Below, piece by piece: positions 10,678-23,420 of a stretch of 64,000 nt of DNA. The DNA lies in contig JAZAMN010000011.1 in assembly GCA_036229005.1 (NCBI GenBank), positions 32,001-96,000 of the forward strand. The letters run 5' to 3'. Source of the DNA: Myxococcota bacterium (GTDB lineage Bacteria; Myxococcota_A; UBA796; CAJQPC01). Each line of letters opens with the position of its first letter. Positions within the stretch are counted from its first letter, which is position 1. The notes beneath the pieces are model-generated. The model had not been told where the DNA came from. It saw only the letters and a list, made by a program, of their open reading frames with translations, and did no database searches. A program made the translations under genes and the position numbers.

Positions 10678-13600
10678 AACAAATCGCTCTCGATGTCGCG
10701 GGCGATCCAGTGGGCGCCGGTCTCCTTGGCCTCCTTGAGGGCGGCGGCCAGCAGCTCCTTGGCGCTGTCCGTGTTGCCCTGCTCCAGCAACACCCGACCC
10801 TCCAGCCAGCGGGCGGCCACCGCGGTCTGGCCATCCCCCAGCGCGCGCGCCCGCTTGTGCGCCCGCCGGATCTGCGCGAGGCCCTCGCCGGGGTCGCCGC
10901 GGCGCGCCTCCAGGTAGCCCAGGTAGGCGCGGTTGAGGGCCACGGAGCGGTTCAGGCCCGCCTCCTGGGCCAGCTCCAGGGACTCGGTGAACGCGGCGTG
11001 CGCGTGGCCGTACTGCTCCAGGCGGAGGTTGGCGTCGCCGATGTTGTGGAGGTTGATGACCAGCCCGCGGCGGTACCCGGTGCCTCGCCGCAGCTCCAGG
11101 GCGCGGCGGAAGTGCTTGAGCGCGGCGGCGTAGTCCCCGAGCCCGTGGCGGGCCAGGCCCAGGTTGTTCTCGATGCGGCCCAACAGGATGCGGTCCCCGG
11201 TCCCCTCGGCGAGCGCACGCGCGGCCTCAAGGGGCTGCCAGGCCAGCTCTGGGCGGTCATCGCGGATGAAGCGGCTGCCCAGCCCGAGCTGCACCATCGC
11301 GGCGAGCTGGGGCTGATCTCCGGCGAGCTCCATGGCCTCGCCCAGCAAGGCCTCGCAGGCGGCATAGTTCCCCGCGTCGCTGCGCAAGGAGGCGAGCTCG
11401 GTGAGGACGGAGACCTGCCCCTTGGTGTCCCGGGTGCGGCGCGCCTCACTCAGGGCCTGCTCCAGGTTCACCTGCGCCATGCCCTCCCGGCCGGTGACCG
11501 CGTAGAGCTTGCCCAGAGCCAGGAAGCAGCGGGTCTCGACGTCCTGGATCACGGCGTCCGCGGCGATGTCCATGGCCACGACCAGGTGGCGCTCGGCGTC
11601 CCGGTGCTGGCCCAGGAGCCACGCGACCTCCCCCGCCTTGAGGTGCAGTGTGGCCTCCCCCCGCGAGTGGAGCGCCGGGTCCTCGCCCCCGTCCACAGCG
11701 GCCTCCAGCCAGGAGATGCCCTTGCGGTAGGTGGCCAGCGCACGCGTGAGGAAGGCGCCGCTGCGGTGCTGGTCGCCGGCCTTGGAGGCGTACCAGGCGG
11801 CGTCGGCCAGGCGGCCTCCGGCGGCGCAGTGCCCGGCCAGCGCCTCGTAGTGGGGGGCCAGGCGGTCCTTGTAGAGGCGCTCCATGCCGGCGGCGACCAT
11901 GCGGTGGTGGTCCCGGAGCTGCACGCCCAGGATGCTGCGGCGCACCACCTGCCAGACCATCTCGGAGGCGAAGCGGCAGCTCTCGCTGGACTCCTCGTCG
12001 ACGATCAGCGTGGCCTGGGCCAGGTCCGCGAAGATCGGTCCGGGGTCCTCGAGCCCCGCGGCCTCGGCCACCAGCGCGGGGGAGAAGCTGGGGCCGATGG
12101 TGGCGGCGAGCTGCAGCGCGCCCTTGGAGGCCGGGTCCAGCGCGTCGATGCGCGAGGTCACCAGCCCCTCCAGAGTGGCCGGGAGCACCGGAACGGCCTG
12201 CTCCCCGTCGCGCAGAGAGGCCCGGCGGCGGTCCCAGTCGATGAGCTGCCGCTCCTGCAGGGCCTTGAGGACCTCGGCCACGTAGAGGGCGTTCCCCTGG
12301 GCCAGGCCGCCGACCAGCTCCAGTAGGGGCTCATCGACCTCTTGGGCGCCCAGCAGGTCCTTGACCAGGGAGCCGACCGCGTTGCGCTCCAGGGTGCCCA
12401 GGGCGATCTGGACCGTGGGCTCGGGGAGCTGCTCGGGGAGCTTGCCCCGGGCGGTCACCAACCAGAGGACCCGGGACTCCGCCGAAGAGCGGACTAGGTG
12501 GCCGAGCAGCGCGCGCTCCGGGGGCTTGAGGAACTGCAGATCCTCGAGCACCAGGAGCACTGGACGCTCCGCCGCGACGCCTCGGACAAATCGGGCGCCC
12601 GCGGCAAAGATGTCCTCGCGTGAGGGCTCGCGCCAGGCCTTGCTGCGTACACCAAAGAGGGCCGAGAGGTGGGCGATGTCGCTCTCAGCGAGCCCCAACT
12701 CGTGCATCCGCAGGAGCCGCTGTCGCAGGGCCCCGGAGCCCTCCCTCGGATCGATGCCCAGGGCGCTGCCCACCAGGTCCCGGAAGGGCGCCAGGGGGGA
12801 TTCGTGGCCGTAGGGATAGGCGCGGGCGGCGAAGAGGGGGACCCGGGCCCTCCGGGTGAGGCGGCGCAACTCTCGGACCAGGCGGCTCTTCCCCGTCCCT
12901 GCGGGGCCCCGGATGGCGATGAGGCCACCCCGACCGTCCGCCAGCCCGGAGATGCCCGTGGCGAGCTGCTCGAGTTCATCGGCGCGCCGCACCCAGCGCC
13001 CCTGCGCCCCCCCCAGCGCCCGGCGGCGTCGCCCGGCCAGGTAGAAGGTGGCGAGCTCCTCGCGGCGGCCCTTCATGCGGACGCGGGGCCCGGTGGTGAA
13101 GCGCCAGCGCTCGCCGGCTTGGGAGGCGACCTCGTTGGAGACGTGCACGTCGCCGGGCTCGGCCAGGGACACCAGGCGACGGGCCAGCTTGAGGGTGTTG
13201 CCGCGCGGGACGTAGCGCAGCTCCTCTTCGGTGCCGGAGAGGGCGACCTCGCCGCGGTGCACGGCGACCGCCAGCTCCATCGCGTGGCCCTTCTTGCGCA
13301 GGCGCTCGGTGACGCGCAGCAGGTCCTGGGCGCAGGCCAGCGCCCGGTCGGTGTCGTCTTCGTGGGCCCGCGGCACCCCAAAGAGCAGCGTGAAGGTGTC
13401 GTGGGTGAAGTCGTCCAGCCAGCCGTCGTAGCGGTCGGCCAGCTTGCGCACGGCGCGCATGAGCACGTCCTGCTGGTGGAGCACCTCTTCGGGCTCGACC
13501 ACAGCGCTCGCGTCGGTGAGCCCAACGAGCTCGGCGACCACGACCGCCACCGTCTTCTTCTCTCCGAGCACCCGCCCCCGGGCGCCGCCCGTGGTCTCCG

Positions 13601-14624
13601 AGTGGGTGCTGCCGGTGTCGGGCCCGGACACCTCCATCCGAGAGAGCTCAGCCGCCAGGGACTGGAGCTGCGCGACGCCGGGGTCGGGCCCCAGCTCCTC
13701 GGCGAACAGGTCCCGCAGGAAGCCGCTGACCGACGCCGAGTCCACCCGCAGCCCGAGCTCGAACAGCAGGGCCCGCAGGTCCTCCTCCAGCAGAGCGGCC
13801 GAGGGGTAGCGGTCGGCGGGGTCCTTCGCGAGCGCGCGAGCCAGGATGGGCATCAGCGCCTCGGGGACCTCGTCGTTGAGGGCGCGCAGGTCGGGGACGA
13901 TGGCCTCGCGGACGAGCCTCAGCTTCTCATCGCCATCGTCCGCCTGGAAGAGCCTTCGACCGGCCAACATCTCCCACAGGACGATGCCGCAGGAGAAGAT
14001 GTCCGAGCGGTGATCCACCATCCCCCCGGAGGCCTGCTCCGGGGACATGTACGCGAACTTCCCTCCCCCGGGACCGCTGCGCTCCCCCTCCTCCTTGAGC
14101 TCGGAGGCCAGCCGGGCGATGCCGAAGTCCACCAGCTTGACCTCGCCCAGGAAGCTGAGGATCACGTTGTGGGGGCTGACATCTCGGTGGACGATGGGCG
14201 TGGGCTTGCCCGTGGCGTCGGTCCGGGTGTGTGCGTAGGCCAGCCCTCGGGCCACCGCGGCGGTGACATGGAGCGCGAGCGCCAGCGGGATGTGGCGGTC
14301 CTGGCCCCGAACCCGACGCAGCGTGCGCGTGAGGTCCCGGCCGTGGATGTGCTCCATCGCGATGTAGTGGTCTTCTCCGACGCGCCCCAGGTCGAACACC
14401 TGCACGATGTTGGGGTGATGCAGCAGCGAGGAGATCTTCGCTTCGCGCACAAAGAGCTGCACGAAATGAGGGCTTCGGGCCAACTGGGGGAGGATGCGCT
14501 TGATCACCAGGCGCTTCTCGAAGCCCTCTACGCCAAAGCTCCGCGCGAGAAACACCTCTGCCATGCCGCCGGTCGCGATGCGCTCCAGCAACTGGTAGGA
14601 CCCAAAGGTGGCGGGCAGCTCCAC
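10674..14624 (-). CDS. Ser/Thr kinase + class III cyclase-like + STAND/AAA ATPase + TPR fusion protein
   Basis: IATGGMAEVF, VIKRI, HRDVSPHNV, DFGIA and YMSPEQ; cyclase-like segment; GPAGTGKS and LVLEDL; C-terminal TPRs. True start is GTG 14624; the ORF-track extension is antisense to lon. Confidence 0.85.
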   Translation of the reverse strand: MELPATFGSYQLLERIATGGMAEVFLARSFGVEGFEKRLVIKRILPQLARSPHFVQLFVREAKISSLLHHPNIVQVFDLGRVGEDHYIAMEHIHGRDLTRTLRRVRGQDRHIPLALALHVTAAVARGLAYAHTRTDATGKPTPIVHRDVSPHNVILSFLGEVKLVDFGIARLASELKEEGERSGPGGGKFAYMSPEQASGGMVDHRSDIFSCGIVLWEMLAGRRLFQADDGDEKLRLVREAIVPDLRALNDEVPEALMPILARALAKDPADRYPSAALLEEDLRALLFELGLRVDSASVSGFLRDLFAEELGPDPGVAQLQSLAAELSRMEVSGPDTGSTHSETTGGARGRVLGEKKTVAVVVAELVGLTDASAVVEPEEVLHQQDVLMRAVRKLADRYDGWLDDFTHDTFTLLFGVPRAHEDDTDRALACAQDLLRVTERLRKKGHAMELAVAVHRGEVALSGTEEELRYVPRGNTLKLARRLVSLAEPGDVHVSNEVASQAGERWRFTTGPRVRMKGRREELATFYLAGRRRRALGGAQGRWVRRADELEQLATGISGLADGRGGLIAIRGPAGTGKSRLVRELRRLTRRARVPLFAARAYPYGHESPLAPFRDLVGSALGIDPREGSGALRQRLLRMHELGLAESDIAHLSALFGVRSKAWREPSREDIFAAGARFVRGVAAERPVLLVLEDLQFLKPPERALLGHLVRSSAESRVLWLVTARGKLPEQLPEPTVQIALGTLERNAVGSLVKDLLGAQEVDEPLLELVGGLAQGNALYVAEVLKALQERQLIDWDRRRASLRDGEQAVPVLPATLEGLVTSRIDALDPASKGALQLAATIGPSFSPALVAEAAGLEDPGPIFADLAQATLIVDEESSESCRFASEMVWQVVRRSILGVQLRDHHRMVAAGMERLYKDRLAPHYEALAGHCAAGGRLADAAWYASKAGDQHRSGAFLTRALATYRKGISWLEAAVDGGEDPALHSRGEATLHLKAGEVAWLLGQHRDAERHLVVAMDIAADAVIQDVETRCFLALGKLYAVTGREGMAQVNLEQALSEARRTRDTKGQVSVLTELASLRSDAGNYAACEALLGEAMELAGDQPQLAAMVQLGLGSRFIRDDRPELAWQPLEAARALAEGTGDRILLGRIENNLGLARHGLGDYAAALKHFRRALELRRGTGYRRGLVINLHNIGDANLRLEQYGHAHAAFTESLELAQEAGLNRSVALNRAYLGYLEARRGDPGEGLAQIRRAHKRARALGDGQTAVAARWLEGRVLLEQGNTDSAKELLAAALKEAKETGAHWIARDIESDLL

Positions 14625-14648
14625 GCCCGGAAGCCTACCCCAGAGACC

Positions 14649-16946
<2,298 letters not shown>

Positions 16947-16958
16947 GCGCCAGCCCCC

Positions 16959-18065
16959 CTACTCGTTGAGCTCCCGGAAGCGCTCCACCAGCGCGATGGA
17001 GTCCGCGTCCAGCACCGCCGGCACCCGGATCCGAAAGCGCACCAGCACGTCCCCGGTGTTGCCGTTGGCCAGGCGCTCTCCCCGCCCCCTCAGCCTGAAG
17101 GTCGACCCGCCGCTCGTGCAGGGGGGGATGGTGAGGCTGACCGGTCCTTGCGGGGTTGGGACCTCCACCCTTCCACCCAGCAGGGCCTGCGACACCGTGA
17201 TCTCGACCTCTTGCTCAAACGAGGAGCGACCGGCCGCAGACGCACCCTCGCCCTGGGAGCTCTCTGGCGCAGGCCCCACCGCCCGGATGTCGCACACCAG
17301 GTCTCCCTGGGAGCGCAGCCCATCGTGGCCCCAGCCGTGCGCGCGCAGCGTGTCGCCGTGCCGGGTGCCCGGCGGCACCTTGAGGTCGTGGATCTCGTCG
17401 TACTCGAAGAGCCCCCGCCCGTCGTCCGTGCGCCGCATCCGCTTGTAGTGCAGCGTCACGGTGCCCCCACGCTCCAGCACCCCGCGCGGGACGTCCACCT
17501 GCTGGTGGATGTCGCGGCCCTGGATCGGGTCCTGATCGCCGCCTCCGTAGCTCCCCTCATTCGGCCGGGCGCTGCCCTGCGGCGCGCTCCCGTAGGCCTG
17601 CTGGTGGGGCGGGGTCTCCCGGGGGCGCTGCCAGCGCGCTCGGCGGCGGTCCGCGTCCGTGGGCTTCTTGACCTCGGTGCTGCGGGTGCGGCCGCGGCCT
17701 CCCCCCATGCCGAAGTCCTGGGCGAAGAGATCGTCCAGATCCATGTTGTTCGCCGGGTCCCGCTGGCGGGCCCCGCTGTTCAGGTCCGGGCCCCGGCTCC
17801 CGCTGTCCCAAGGGCGGATTCCCCCCGCCATCCGGCCGGGCGTGCGTCGCTGGAAGCGCCGGTCGTAGCGCCCCCGCTCCACCGGGTCCCCCAGCACCTC
17901 GTAGGCCGCGGACACCGCCTTGAAGCGTTCCGCCTTGGCCGGGTCCTCTCCCGCGACGTCCGGATGCAGGCTCCGGGCCAGGCTCCGGTAGGCCTTCTTG
18001 ATCTCGGCCATCGAGGCATTCCGGGGAACACCAAGGATCGCGTAGTGGTCGGCGCCAGCGCTCAT
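16959..18065 (-). CDS. DnaJ class B/CbpA-like chaperone (J domain + DnaJ C-terminal, no Zn finger)
   Basis: DHYAILGV...IKKAYRSLARSLHPD and ALLGGRVEVPT...FRLRGRG. Long low-complexity linker. Confidence 0.85.
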   Translation of the reverse strand: MSAGADHYAILGVPRNASMAEIKKAYRSLARSLHPDVAGEDPAKAERFKAVSAAYEVLGDPVERGRYDRRFQRRTPGRMAGGIRPWDSGSRGPDLNSGARQRDPANNMDLDDLFAQDFGMGGGRGRTRSTEVKKPTDADRRRARWQRPRETPPHQQAYGSAPQGSARPNEGSYGGGDQDPIQGRDIHQQVDVPRGVLERGGTVTLHYKRMRRTDDGRGLFEYDEIHDLKVPPGTRHGDTLRAHGWGHDGLRSQGDLVCDIRAVGPAPESSQGEGASAAGRSSFEQEVEITVSQALLGGRVEVPTPQGPVSLTIPPCTSGGSTFRLRGRGERLANGNTGDVLVRFRIRVPAVLDADSIALVERFRELNE

Positions 18066-18145
18066 GAATGCATGCCCTCGCTCTGGGGTCAGCATACCCG
18101 CCGACGCTGTTCCCCTACAGGTGGAGGCTCATCGTGCCGACTTCT

Positions 18146-18175
18146 TTGACGCCCTGGATCGGGGCGCTATAAGAT
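18146..18175 (+). promoter_or_regulatory. sigma70-type promoter of clpX
   Basis: TTGACG followed by TATAAG (N16) or TAAGAT (N18); GAGGA SD before ATG 18205. Confidence 0.55.
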
Positions 18176-18204
18176 CACCATTGGCCGCGTCAGGCGAGGA
18201 ATGA

Positions 18205-19458
18205 ATGGCGAAGTACAGCAACCCGGGCGGTCTCTCTTGCAGCTTTTGCCACAAGCCCCAGCGCGAGGTCGACAAGATCATCGCGGGGCCCAATGTCTAC
18301 ATCTGCAGTGAGTGCATCAAGCTCTGCCTGGACATCATCCGTGAGGACTCCAGCCAGAAGCCGATCGCCTGGGGTCATCAGAAGCTCCCCCCCCCCGCCA
18401 AGATCAAGGCCTTCCTGGACCAGTACATCATTGGTCAGCATCAGGCCAAGCGGCAGATCTCCGTGGCGGTGTACAACCACTACAAGCGCCTGGAGCACAA
18501 CAAGAAGAACGCCGCTGGGACTGAAGTCGAGATCCAGAAGTCCAACGTCCTGCTGATCGGCCCCACGGGCACCGGCAAGACCTTGATGGCCCAGACCCTG
18601 GCCCGCTTCCTGGACGTTCCCTTCGTCATGGCGGACGCCACGACCCTGACCGAGGCCGGCTACGTCGGCGAGGATGTCGAGAACATCATCCTCAACCTCT
18701 ACCAGGCCTCCAACAACAACCTGGAGCGCACGGTCAAGGGCATCGTCTACATCGACGAGGTCGACAAGCTCGCCCGCAAGAACAGCACCAGCTCGGTGAG
18801 CCGGGATGTCTCGGGTGAGGGCGTGCAGCAGGCCCTGCTCAAGATCCTGGAGGGCACCCTGGCCAACATCCAGGTGCGCGGCAACAAGCGCCTGCCCAAC
18901 CAGGAGTACCTGCAGGTCGACACGACCAACATCCTCTTCATCTGCGGCGGCTCCTTCGAGGGCCTGGAGCGGGTGATCGAGGATCGCGTCGGCGCCCGCA
19001 GCGTGGGCTTCGTGAAGTCCGCCGGCAAGACCGACGAAGAGCGCGAGGCCATGCTGCAGCAGGTGCAGGCCGAGGACCTGACCAACTTCGGGCTCATCCC
19101 CGAGTTCATCGGTCGCCTGCCCGTCATCGCCACCATGAAGCACCTGGCGGCCGAGGACATGGTCCACATCCTCAAGGAGCCCAAGAACTCCCTGGTCAAG
19201 CAGTACCAGAAGCTCTTCCGCTTCGAGAAGGTCAAGCTCAGCTTCACCGACGAGGCCCTGCGCGCCATCGCCGACGAGGCCGTCAAGCGCAAGGCTGGCG
19301 CCCGCGGCCTCCGCTCCATCATGGAGAAGGTCATGCTGGAGATCATGTACGAGATCCCCTCGCAGGAGCACCTCAAAGAGGTCTGCATCACCGACGAGAT
19401 CGTGCGTGACGCCGGCAACGCCTTCGCTGACATCAAGGAGCCAGTGGCCACCGGATGA
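18205..19458 (+). CDS. clpX: ATP-dependent Clp protease ATP-binding subunit ClpX
   Basis: CSFC...CSEC Zn finger, [41 protein letters not shown]. Confidence 0.95.
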   Translation: MAKYSNPGGLSCSFCHKPQREVDKIIAGPNVYICSECIKLCLDIIREDSSQKPIAWGHQKLPPPAKIKAFLDQYIIGQHQAKRQISVAVYNHYKRLEHNKKNAAGTEVEIQKSNVLLIGPTGTGKTLMAQTLARFLDVPFVMADATTLTEAGYVGEDVENIILNLYQASNNNLERTVKGIVYIDEVDKLARKNSTSSVSRDVSGEGVQQALLKILEGTLANIQVRGNKRLPNQEYLQVDTTNILFICGGSFEGLERVIEDRVGARSVGFVKSAGKTDEEREAMLQQVQAEDLTNFGLIPEFIGRLPVIATMKHLAAEDMVHILKEPKNSLVKQYQKLFRFEKVKLSFTDEALRAIADEAVKRKAGARGLRSIMEKVMLEIMYEIPSQEHLKEVCITDEIVRDAGNAFADIKEPVATG

Positions 19459-20021
19459 GCGACACCCCCCTGCGCCCGGCCAACACCTTCCGGCCGGGCC
19501 TGCTCATCGCCAGCCCGCAGCTTCGGGACCCGAACTTCTCGGGGACCGTTGTGCTGCTCTGGCACCACGACCAGCAAGGCGCGATGGGCGCCATCGTCAA
19601 CCGGGCCACCGACCTCGACCTCTCCGAGATCACCGAGCAGCTCGCGCTCCCCGCCCCTGACGCGCCCACCGCTGTGCACTTTGGCGGCCCCGTGCAGCCC
19701 GAGAACGGCTTCCTGGTCTACGAGGGGCAGGTGGACGAGCGCATGGGCTGGAACCCCCGGCCCGACGTCGCGGTCACCTCCAGCCAGGAGATCCTGGAGC
19801 AGGTGCTCAAGGAGAAGGCCGACTTCCTGCTCTGCCTGGGCTACTCCGGCTGGGGCCCTGGCCAGCTCGAGCGCGAGATCGAGGAGGGGAGCTGGCTCTA
19901 CACCGAGCTGGATCCCCGCATCCTCTTTGGGATGTCCGCTGACGAGCGCTACGATGAGGCCATGGCATCCCTGGGGCTGGATCCCCGCCAGATATGGATG
20001 ATGCAGCCGATCAGCGAGTAG
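19455..20021 (+). CDS. YqgE/AlgH family protein
   Basis: [51 protein letters not shown]-coupled to clpX. Confidence 0.9.
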   Translation: MSDTPLRPANTFRPGLLIASPQLRDPNFSGTVVLLWHHDQQGAMGAIVNRATDLDLSEITEQLALPAPDAPTAVHFGGPVQPENGFLVYEGQVDERMGWNPRPDVAVTSSQEILEQVLKEKADFLLCLGYSGWGPGQLEREIEEGSWLYTELDPRILFGMSADERYDEAMASLGLDPRQIWMMQPISE

Positions 20022-20027
20022 AAGTCC

Positions 20028-20741
20028 TTGGCCCACCTCCTCCCCCTTCTGTTGGCGTGCACCTCTGCACCCGAGCTCACAGTCGAGGACACCTGGGCGC
20101 CGACCGGCGACGCCCCCATGGACCCTGCGCTGCTGCTTGAAGCCGCCCAGCTCCCGATGCGTTGGGCGCTGCTGATGGACTCCCAAGCGCAAGCTGGCCG
20201 CGACGCGTGCCCTCAGGTCGAACGCACCCTCGAAGGCCACGTCCAGCTTGAGGGCGGCTGCACGGACGCGCAGGGCGTGGAGTGGGTCGGCACGGCCACC
20301 CTCTGGACGGAAGACGGCCAGCAGCACTACGGCGCAGCCGACTTCGGCACCTCCGAGCGCCAGTATTGGGGCAGCATCATGGCCGGTCAGGCGCTGCACG
20401 CCACCGGACGCGCGAGCTTCGGGGGCGGCCTGGAGATCCGCTACGACGACCACAGCGTGGGCGACTGGCCGGCCTGGCAGGCCATCGACCAGGGCGCCTC
20501 CGCGAGCACGGCCATCCAGGGCCAACTGGACGTCCAGACCCCCACCCTTCGCAGCACTCTCAGCCTGGATGGCACCCTGATCCGCAGCGAGTGGGCCAGA
20601 TGCGAGACCGGCCCCGAGTCCGGGAGCCTCTCTCTCACGGGCCACCCCGACGGCGCCCTGACCTTCATCTGGTACCCCGACACCTGCGGGGAGTGCGTGG
20701 ACTGGCTGCACGGGGGAGAGCAGGGCCAGATCTGCGAGTAG
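20028..20741 (+). CDS. Hypothetical lipoprotein, paralog of 23421-24164
   Basis: TTG start, LLLAC lipobox. Shares its Cys pattern with 23421-24164. Confidence 0.7.
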   Translation: MAHLLPLLLACTSAPELTVEDTWAPTGDAPMDPALLLEAAQLPMRWALLMDSQAQAGRDACPQVERTLEGHVQLEGGCTDAQGVEWVGTATLWTEDGQQHYGAADFGTSERQYWGSIMAGQALHATGRASFGGGLEIRYDDHSVGDWPAWQAIDQGASASTAIQGQLDVQTPTLRSTLSLDGTLIRSEWARCETGPESGSLSLTGHPDGALTFIWYPDTCGECVDWLHGGEQGQICE

Positions 20742-22844
20742 CTACCCGCGCGCGAGCAACCGCAGCGCCATCCGCAGCTCCCAGGACCGCCGGGCCTTGC
20801 GGCGCAGCACCGCCAGGGTCTGCGCGTCCGCAGCGTCCCCCAGGCGCGCTGCCTGGACCAGCTCCAGCACCTGGACCATCTCCGGCGCCCTCCCCCAGCG
20901 GCGGGCCTGCGCGAGCTGCTTCTCGGCCCGGACAGGCTGGCCCAGCTCCAGCGCACACCACGCACTCCAGCAGGCCGCGAAGCTCGCGAACGCAGGCCGC
21001 CCCGCGCTGGCGTGTCCTTGGATGCTGGCCTGCAGGTGGCCGACCGCCTCCTCGACGAGCCCGTCCTGGAGGGCCAGAATGCCCAGCACCCCCTGCGCCA
21101 TCGCGGCTGTGCGGGGCTCGCCGAGCCGCCCCGCGGCGTTCAGCGCCCGCCCAAGGTCCTCGCGGGCCAACACCCCTGTGCGCTGCGCCACCCGGAGCAT
21201 GCCCCAGCGGAGGGGGTGCAGCGCGTGCTGGAGGTCGAAGTTGATGCCCTCCAGCAAGGGATCCACCGCCTCCAACTGGGCCTGAGCGCGCCCATAGGCC
21301 CCGATCTCGAGCAGATGCCTGGCCAGGGTGCCGCGGGCGCGAGCCTCCTGCCTGGCCTCACCGCGCTCCCGGTGCCCGCGGACCAGCCGCTCCAGGGTGG
21401 CCTCCCCCTCTGTGTCCCGCTCCACCCGAAGCTGAACCTGCGCCAGGTTGGCCAGGAAGCTGGCCTGCAGTCGCCTGTCCTCGCTGGCGTCCAGAGCTCT
21501 CTGGTAGTCGGCGATAGCCGCGGGCCACTGGCTGCGAGATTGGTGGACCACGGCGCGCTGACCAAAGGCCATCGACCTCGAAGCCTCTCCCCCAGGGGAC
21601 TCCGCCCGGCGCACGCCCGCCTCCGCCGCCTCCGCCGCCTCGCTGAGCTGGCCCCGTAGCCGCAGCCACTCCGAGCGCACCTGCCAGAGCTCGCTGGCCT
21701 CATGCGCCGGGAGCTGCGTCACCCGGGAGAGGAGCGCCTCGTGCTGTTCGCGGAGCCACCCTTCGTGCCCCAAGCGCCGGCAGGCCGTGTCCAGCGAGAC
21801 CACCAGCCGCACCGCCAACGCGCGCTCGTCGGGACGCTCCGTGATCAAGCGCTCCAGCTCCGGGCGCAGCCCCACCAGCTCCGCAGCAGCCTCGCCACCG
21901 CGGGGGCCATGGACCTGGGTACGCAGCGAAGCGACCCGCGCCTCCAGCCACTGCATCCAGCGCCTCCAGTGCTCCGGACCGGCCTGTCGCCGCGCGAGCG
22001 CCTGGAAGGGCGTGGGCAGGTAGAGGCTCCCCGGGGGCTCCCAGCTCACCCAGCCCTGCCGGTGAAGGCGCTCCAGCTCTGAGCGGCCCACCAGCGCAGC
22101 GGCCTCCGGGACCGAGAGGCGTGGCCGCGCGGCGCAGGCCAGAGTCCGCAGCGCGTCCCCACCCCCAAGACGCTCCCAGCGCTCCGAGCAAGCGGCCCAC
22201 CAGCGCGGCGCCACCGACTCGGGCTCTGTCGTGAGGGCCTGCAGAAGCGCCCGCCCTGTCATCAAGCGGGCCCGCGCGCCAAGCTCCAGGCAGGGGCCGG
22301 GCAGGTGCCCCACCAGGGCGCAGAGCTCCGCCGCCTCCGGCACCTCCCGACCTGCTGCCCGCAGCAACAAGTCCCCGGCCAGCTCGGGCGCAAGTCCCCC
22401 CAAGGTCAGCGCCCCCTGCGCGGGTCCGAGGCTGCGCCCCAAAGCCTGGGCCACCGCAGCACACCCCGCCCCTGGAGGCCCCCAGACGCTCAGCGACTCC
22501 CCTCGGGCCAGGTACGCGAACGCGGCGCGGCGCCCCAGAAGGTGGGTGACCGGTCCGCTATCCGACAGCTCCAGCCGGTACCCCTGGCCGTACACGGAAA
22601 GCAGGAGGCGCGGGTGCTTGGGGTCCGGCTCCAGCTTCCGGCGGAGCTCCGAGACCACCCGGTCGACGCGCCGCGCCGATGCCTGGGGCAGCAGCGTCTC
22701 CCGCGCACACACCCCACCGCCACTCTCCAGCAGTCGGCTCAAGAGCTCGACCTCTTGCGGAGTCAGCCCGACCGGACCTGCCGGCCCACGCAGCACGGCC
22801 GCGTCAAGATCCAGCTCCAGCGCTCCCAGACGCCACACGGACAT
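20742..22844 (-). CDS. Winged-helix (OmpR-type) regulator with degenerate NB-ARC/STAND and TPR region
   Basis: LTPQEVELL...VSELRRKLEPDPKHPRLLLSVYGQGYRL; degenerate P-loop GPPGAGCA; helical repeats. Start at 22844 or 22868. Confidence 0.75.
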   Translation of the reverse strand: MSVWRLGALELDLDAAVLRGPAGPVGLTPQEVELLSRLLESGGGVCARETLLPQASARRVDRVVSELRRKLEPDPKHPRLLLSVYGQGYRLELSDSGPVTHLLGRRAAFAYLARGESLSVWGPPGAGCAAVAQALGRSLGPAQGALTLGGLAPELAGDLLLRAAGREVPEAAELCALVGHLPGPCLELGARARLMTGRALLQALTTEPESVAPRWWAACSERWERLGGGDALRTLACAARPRLSVPEAAALVGRSELERLHRQGWVSWEPPGSLYLPTPFQALARRQAGPEHWRRWMQWLEARVASLRTQVHGPRGGEAAAELVGLRPELERLITERPDERALAVRLVVSLDTACRRLGHEGWLREQHEALLSRVTQLPAHEASELWQVRSEWLRLRGQLSEAAEAAEAGVRRAESPGGEASRSMAFGQRAVVHQSRSQWPAAIADYQRALDASEDRRLQASFLANLAQVQLRVERDTEGEATLERLVRGHRERGEARQEARARGTLARHLLEIGAYGRAQAQLEAVDPLLEGINFDLQHALHPLRWGMLRVAQRTGVLAREDLGRALNAAGRLGEPRTAAMAQGVLGILALQDGLVEEAVGHLQASIQGHASAGRPAFASFAACWSAWCALELGQPVRAEKQLAQARRWGRAPEMVQVLELVQAARLGDAADAQTLAVLRRKARRSWELRMALRLLARG

Positions 22845-22939
22845 TCTCCGGACAATTGTCCGCCACATAGCCGGCTGGAGGAGCCGGGGCCCGGGTACCT
22901 CTGGAGTGTCCCCGCTCGGGACCCAACAGGAGACACAGC

Positions 22940-23365
22940 ATGCGCACGACCCACGCCCTCTTCGGCCTCTTCATCCTCATCGGCACCGCCTGCACTGGAG
23001 GCGGCATGGACAGCGGCTGGGGCGACGACACCGGCAGCTTCGGCGGCGGCGGTGGTGGTGGTGGTGGCGGCGGCACCTGCGGCGGCGACTTCGACGGGAA
23101 CGTGGTCGACGAGGGCAACCGCAGCCACAGCTTCAGCGTCAACGAGGACCGGGAGGTCACCCTGACCCTGGACTGGGACAGCAGCTCCGATCTCGACCTG
23201 CACCTCAGCACGGCCAGCGGCGACGAGCTCACCCGCTCCGAGACCGACGGCGGCGGCACCGGCGAGGAGATCTCCATGGAGCTCCAGGCCGGCGACTACG
23301 TCGCGACGGTCGTCCAGTGGGACGAGACCGACACCGACTACGAGCTCGAGGTCGCCTGCGACTGA
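22940..23365 (+). CDS. Small lipoprotein with PPC-like (pre-peptidase C-terminal) domain
   Basis: AGGAG SD, GTAC lipobox, poly-Gly linker, LTLDWDSSSDLDLHL...GEEISMELQAGDYVATV. Confidence 0.75.
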   Translation: MRTTHALFGLFILIGTACTGGGMDSGWGDDTGSFGGGGGGGGGGGTCGGDFDGNVVDEGNRSHSFSVNEDREVTLTLDWDSSSDLDLHLSTASGDELTRSETDGGGTGEEISMELQAGDYVATVVQWDETDTDYELEVACD

Positions 23366-23420
23366 GGCTCCCCGGGGGGGGGACTCCAACCGGGCGCCCC
23401 CCGTCCGGCCGACTCGAGGC

